DNA of 64,000 nucleotides from Candidatus Saganbacteria bacterium (GTDB lineage Bacteria; Margulisbacteria; WOR-1; O2-12-FULL-45-9): NCBI GenBank assembly GCA_016932255.1, contig JAFGDE010000019.1, positions 8,614 to 72,613 of the forward strand, read 5' to 3'. Shown piece by piece: positions 58,857 to 64,000 of this stretch (position 1 is its first letter; each line of letters starts with the position of its first letter). The notes under the pieces were generated by a model. It saw only the letters and a program-made list of their open reading frames with translations, ran no database searches and was not told where the DNA came from. The position numbers and the translations under genes were made by a program.

Positions 58857-59966
58857 ATACTCCATTTCTGTTAGTTTATCAACTTCAGCTTTCAGTTTCT
58901 CCGGCAGGCCTTTGATATCGACCTTAAGGAATCCGCGAATGATGGCAGAGGTCGCTTCATCTTCCGATAAGCCGCGCGACATGAGGTAAAGTATCTCTTT
59001 TTCCGCGATCTTGCCCACTGCCGCTTCATGCGACATGTCCAGGTTCTCCTGCTTGGCCTCAAGCTCAGGGATGGCGTGGATCGAGGCTTTAGGCGAGAGC
59101 ACCAGGCCGCGGCATTCCAGGTGCGCCTTGATGCCGGGAACTTCGCCGACCAGATGGCCCCGGGCAATGACCTTTGAGCTGTCGCGGGCCACGACCCGCG
59201 AGATGGTCTCAGCGCTGGTAGCCTCGGCCTTAAGAAAAACACGGAAGCCGATATCGATCAGTGAGTTTTTCTTGGCCATGATGATGGAGCCGGAGCTGGC
59301 CCGGGCGCCGCGGCCCAAGAGATGGATGGTCGGATACATCTGCAAGGCCTTGACCGGCCTCATGCAGATATAGTTATTGATGAACGTGCCGCCCTCTGCC
59401 ACATGGGCCGCGCTCCTGGGACGGACATCAACATCCTCAGCCCAGTTGTGCACCATGGTAAAGGTGATGCTGGCATTCTTCTTGACGTAGAACTCGGAAA
59501 TACCGATGTGCGAGCCGCCCTTGACATGCGTGTTGACCGCACAGCCGGTGATGACATGGAGATGAGAGTCCTCTTCCGCGATGATAATATTATGCACCCG
59601 CTGGGCAATACCCTCTTTACCGATGAAGAGACACGACTGAAGCGGATAGGTCGTCTCAACGCCCGGCTCAGTCCTCAGAAAATAGCCGCGCTGAGGGCCT
59701 TTGGCCGCGGCCATGGTGTATTCGTCCTTGTGCTTATCGACAGCTTTCCAGTAATAGTCCTTGAGCCAGTCGTGTTTTTCCAGCGCCTGCTCGATAGCGA
59801 GCACTTCCACGCCCTTTTGCCTCGACTTGGCGCAGAGGATCGAATTGTCCTGTTGAAAGAACGAGCCTGACCGGTTTTTCTCGCTCGTGTCTATGCCGGC
59901 CAGCTCCGCCGACCGTTTAACTTCTTCCGGTAACTGTTCTAAATTATCCATCTTCTCGTCCCTCAT
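58848..59966 (-). CDS. SufB/SufD-family Fe-S assembly protein
   Basis: 372 aa. The C-terminal beta-helix region, with HEAAVGKI..E.LFYL-type sequence (HEAAVGKIAEKEILYLMSRGL), is typical of SufB/D. Confidence 0.8.
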   Translation of the reverse strand: MRDEKMDNLEQLPEEVKRSAELAGIDTSEKNRSGSFFQQDNSILCAKSRQKGVEVLAIEQALEKHDWLKDYYWKAVDKHKDEYTMAAAKGPQRGYFLRTEPGVETTYPLQSCLFIGKEGIAQRVHNIIIAEEDSHLHVITGCAVNTHVKGGSHIGISEFYVKKNASITFTMVHNWAEDVDVRPRSAAHVAEGGTFINNYICMRPVKALQMYPTIHLLGRGARASSGSIIMAKKNSLIDIGFRVFLKAEATSAETISRVVARDSSKVIARGHLVGEVPGIKAHLECRGLVLSPKASIHAIPELEAKQENLDMSHEAAVGKIAEKEILYLMSRGLSEDEATSAIIRGFLKVDIKGLPEKLKAEVDKLTEMEYGI

Positions 59967-59998
59967 CCCTCGTCCCTCATCCCTCGTCCCTCATCCCT
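59957..59998. repeat. Perfect 3x tandem repeat of a 14-bp unit across the sufC stop / sufBD start
   Basis: CGTCCCTCATCCCT x3 (59957-70, 59971-84, 59985-98). On the minus strand each unit reads GGGATGAGGGACGA, which contains ATG, TGA and an SD-like GAGGG. Confidence 0.9.
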
Positions 59999-60720
59999 TT
60001 CCTCGCCTGGCATTTAACACAACCCTCATAACCTTTGCTCTTGATATCTTCCATGATCTCGCGGGGGTCACCGCTGCAGATGATCCGGCCGCCCAGCAGC
60101 ACGCAGGCACGGCTGGCCTTGATGAAGTTGAGGATATAGCCCTGATGCGTGATGACGATGCCGGCATGGCCGCTGAGATAGCGGTCGATCTCTTTGCCCA
60201 CCAGCTCGACGTTCTCGACATCAACGCCTGAATCAGGCTCGTCGAACATGACAAACGAAGGCCGCTGGACCAGGATCTGCAACAGCTCGGCCCGCTTGGC
60301 CTCACCGCCGGAAAAGCCCAGGTTAACGTCACGCTCAAGGAAATCGGCCATGTTCAATTTTTCCGCCAGTTTTTTTATCTCAGCATCAGAGGCCGAGGTG
60401 CGGCAGATGGCCAGCATCTCTTTAAGTTTGATGCCGCGGATCGCCGGCGGCGATTGGAAGGCCACGCCCAGTCCGAGCTTGGCCCGCTGGTCGACCGGCA
60501 GCTTAGTGATATCCTTGCCTTTGAAAATGACCTTGCCCTGCAAGACCTCATACCCGGGAAAGCCCATGATCGCGTAAAGCAGCGAGCTCTTGCCCGCGCC
60601 ATTAGGCCCGAACATAACGGTCTTTTCCCCCTGTTCGATGGTCAGGTCAAGGCCGTTCAAAACTTTTTTACCGCCGACCTTAAGATGCAGGTCTTCTATT
60701 TTAAGCATTTCCTCTGCCAC
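59977..60720 (-). CDS. sufC: Fe-S assembly ATPase SufC
   Basis: 247 aa with Walker A GPNGAGKSS, signature FSGGEAKR and Walker B FVMFDEPDSG. Confidence 0.9.
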   Translation of the reverse strand: MAEEMLKIEDLHLKVGGKKVLNGLDLTIEQGEKTVMFGPNGAGKSSLLYAIMGFPGYEVLQGKVIFKGKDITKLPVDQRAKLGLGVAFQSPPAIRGIKLKEMLAICRTSASDAEIKKLAEKLNMADFLERDVNLGFSGGEAKRAELLQILVQRPSFVMFDEPDSGVDVENVELVGKEIDRYLSGHAGIVITHQGYILNFIKASRACVLLGGRIICSGDPREIMEDIKSKGYEGCVKCQARKGMRDEG

Positions 60721-60804
60721 AACAGCCTGATATTACTAATTTAGCCGGCTCATTGCAAGCGGGAGTCTGGTTGAAAATTCGCCCTAATACTATATAATTC
60801 TCAC

Positions 60805-61875
60805 ATGGTCAATAGAACAGCCGAACTTGAGGCCCAGATCCACAAACTGCTCCAGGTCGTTGAGCAAAGCCCCAGCACGGTCTTGATCACCGACACCGAG
60901 GGCAACATTGATTATGTCAATCCCCATTTCTGCGAATTGACCGGCTATGCCGCCGAGGAAGTCGTCGGCCAGAACATCCGCATGCTCAAGCTGGGTGACC
61001 AGCCGCCCGAGGTCTACAAGGCCCTCTGGGACACGATCACGGCCGGCAAGAAATGGCACGGCCGCTTCCACAACAAAAAGAAGAACGGTCAACACTACTG
61101 GGAGAATGTCTGCATCGGCCCCCTGCGCGACGATTCCGGCAAGACCATCTATTACATCAAAGTGGCCGAGGAGATCACTAAAGAGGTCGAGCTGGAAAAG
61201 CTGCGTGACGACCTGACCCATATGATCGTCCACGACCTGAAAAACCCGCTGACCGGCATTGTCTCAGCCGTTGAGCTGCTCAGGAGCGGCACCTTGGGCC
61301 CGTTGACCCAGGACCAGGCTAAATTCCTGGATGCGGCCCGGATCAGCTACAAAAAGCTGTCCAACCTAATCATGGACCTGCTCGAGATCAAGAAAATGGA
61401 GGATAACAAGCTCCAATTGCATATCACTCAATTTTCGGCCAAGGAATTGCTCGACTCGCTTGACTGGACGACCAAGCTGGCGCAGAAAGACCAAAAGACC
61501 GTTAAATTTAAAGCCGATCCCAAGCTGGTGATCAAGGCTGACCAGAACCTGCTCACCAGAATACTGGAGAACCTGATCACCAACGCGGTCAAGCATACGG
61601 ACCAGGGCGGCAAGATCGACGTCTTGATCGAGCAGAAGGACAATGACTTCTATTTTGAGATAGCTGACACGGGCGAAGGCATTCCCAAAGAATACCTGGA
61701 CAAGGTCTTTGAACGCTTCTTCAAGGTTTCAGGCGCGAAAATGACGACAAAAATCGACACGGGGCTGGGCCTGACCTTCTGCAAGATGGCTGTTGAGGCC
61801 CATGGCGGCAGGATCGGCGTAAAGAGCGAGCCAGGCAGTGGCTCAATATTTTATTTTAACTTGCCGAATACCTAA
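60805..61875 (+). CDS. PAS sensor histidine kinase (cytoplasmic)
   Basis: 356 aa. PAS (ITDTEGNIDYVNPHFCELTGY), H-box VHDLKNPLTGI, and NLITNAVKHT, DTGEGI, GLGLTFCK. Confidence 0.9.
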   Translation: MVNRTAELEAQIHKLLQVVEQSPSTVLITDTEGNIDYVNPHFCELTGYAAEEVVGQNIRMLKLGDQPPEVYKALWDTITAGKKWHGRFHNKKKNGQHYWENVCIGPLRDDSGKTIYYIKVAEEITKEVELEKLRDDLTHMIVHDLKNPLTGIVSAVELLRSGTLGPLTQDQAKFLDAARISYKKLSNLIMDLLEIKKMEDNKLQLHITQFSAKELLDSLDWTTKLAQKDQKTVKFKADPKLVIKADQNLLTRILENLITNAVKHTDQGGKIDVLIEQKDNDFYFEIADTGEGIPKEYLDKVFERFFKVSGAKMTTKIDTGLGLTFCKMAVEAHGGRIGVKSEPGSGSIFYFNLPNT

Positions 61876-61918
61876 AACTTGATAGAATATAACAAAGCTC
61901 AGCAAGGAGGAAAGATCA

Positions 61919-62296
61919 ATGAGAATTCTGATAGCCGACGATGATGAGGCCATCCGGTCCTCGATCGAAAAGATCCTGACTCAGGGCGAGGGCAATGTCA
62001 TTGACCTGGCCACTGACGGACAGCAAGCGCTGGACAAGGCCAAGAATTTGAAATATGACCTGATCCTGCTCGATCTGGATATGCCTAAAATGAACGGTTA
62101 TCAGGTATTAGAAGATGTCCGCAAGGTCTTCCCCGACGTACCGGTCGTCTTTATCACTGCTACAGGCGAAACACAAAAGGTCATGAAGAGCATCGCACAG
62201 TACCGTCTTAACGGCTTCATCGAGAAACCATTCACCCCGGAACAAGTCGTTGATATTGTCGCCACAGCCACCAGATCGCAGAAAAAAGAGGGCTGA
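61919..62296 (+). CDS. Single-domain response regulator
   Basis: 125 aa with ILIADDDE...DLILLDLDMPKMNG...PVVFITA...KPF. Confidence 0.9.
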   Translation: MRILIADDDEAIRSSIEKILTQGEGNVIDLATDGQQALDKAKNLKYDLILLDLDMPKMNGYQVLEDVRKVFPDVPVVFITATGETQKVMKSIAQYRLNGFIEKPFTPEQVVDIVATATRSQKKEG

Positions 62297-62298
62297 AG

Positions 62299-62663
62299 TT
62301 GAAAGTCATCCTGGCTGATGATGAGAACGAGATCAGGGAGCCCTTGAGCGCTGTTTTCAAGGCCAAAGGTGCGGAGGTCAGGGAGTTTGGCGACGGCAGA
62401 AGCGCGCTGGACAGTGCCCTGTCCCGGCCACCGGACCTGATCATCCTGGACGTGATGATGCCGAAAATGTCGGGCTGGGACGCCTGCCGCGAGCTCAAGA
62501 CCAATGAAAAGACCAAGGACATCCCTGTCATCATCCTGACCGCCAGGACCAAGGACATGGACGAGTTGATGACGGCCGAGGCCGGAGCTGATCTGTATTT
62601 GAAAAAGCCTTTTAACCCGCTGGAGGTCTATGCTGAGGCCCAAAAACTGCTGGGGGGCAAACA

Positions 62664-62667
<4 letters not shown>
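62299..62667 (+). CDS. Single-domain response regulator
   Basis: 122 aa with a TTG start and VILADDENE...DLIILDVMMPKMSG...PVIILTA...KPF. Confidence 0.85.

Positions 62668-64000
<1,333 letters not shown>

Overview
This is a gene-dense 64-kb window from a moderately GC-rich genome. G+C looks above 50% by eye; I did not compute it. The gene content suggests an uncultivated anaerobic diderm bacterium: an SLH-anchored porin, a rubrerythrin/rubredoxin/desulfoferrodoxin/PerR cluster, a COG1900 + NIL-ferredoxin homocysteine route, and several promoters placed for leaderless mRNAs. Taxonomy cannot be fixed from the sequence alone. I support about 80 CDS, including a 53-aa rubredoxin missing from the ORF track and a 3'-truncated GspE/PilB ATPase at the window end, plus one tRNA(CAU), one pseudogene, several promoters/operators/terminators and a large set of short repeats. 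The backbone comprises two-component systems (356-6105, 18551-20185, 25150-25572, 60805-62667), glnA, envelope/glycolipid genes (10119-16822), a long minus-strand housekeeping operon (recO, tsaB, tsaE, folK, folP, tilS), nadA, mnmA, an Rrf2-cysteine desulfurase-IscU unit, larE, bioY, a cysK/homocysteine unit, an oxidative-stress cluster (54207-58708) and sufC plus a sufB/D-type gene. An accessory, repeat-littered region spans about 41-54 kb. There are four main leads. (1) An AT-rich three-gene island, SIR2-like | DUF262-HEPN (45788-48567), is a candidate unnamed anti-phage system. (2) Two convergent, translationally coupled operons (31104-35361) encode nine paralogous bitopic proteins with a shared C-terminal juxtamembrane motif, plus two small beta-barrel-like proteins. 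I cannot assign this family to anything known. (3) A modular family of palindromic/hairpin repeats includes a 20-bp perfect palindrome that is stop-free in all six frames, has filled and empty host hairpins, and sits in-frame inside mnmA (twice) and nnrE. (4) A GAATGCAGAATG-armed MITE-like family has one copy carrying a stop-disrupted four-helix-bundle (Avd/23S-IVS-type) gene and other copies carrying outward promoters. All functional calls rest on motif recognition by eye. No database search was run.
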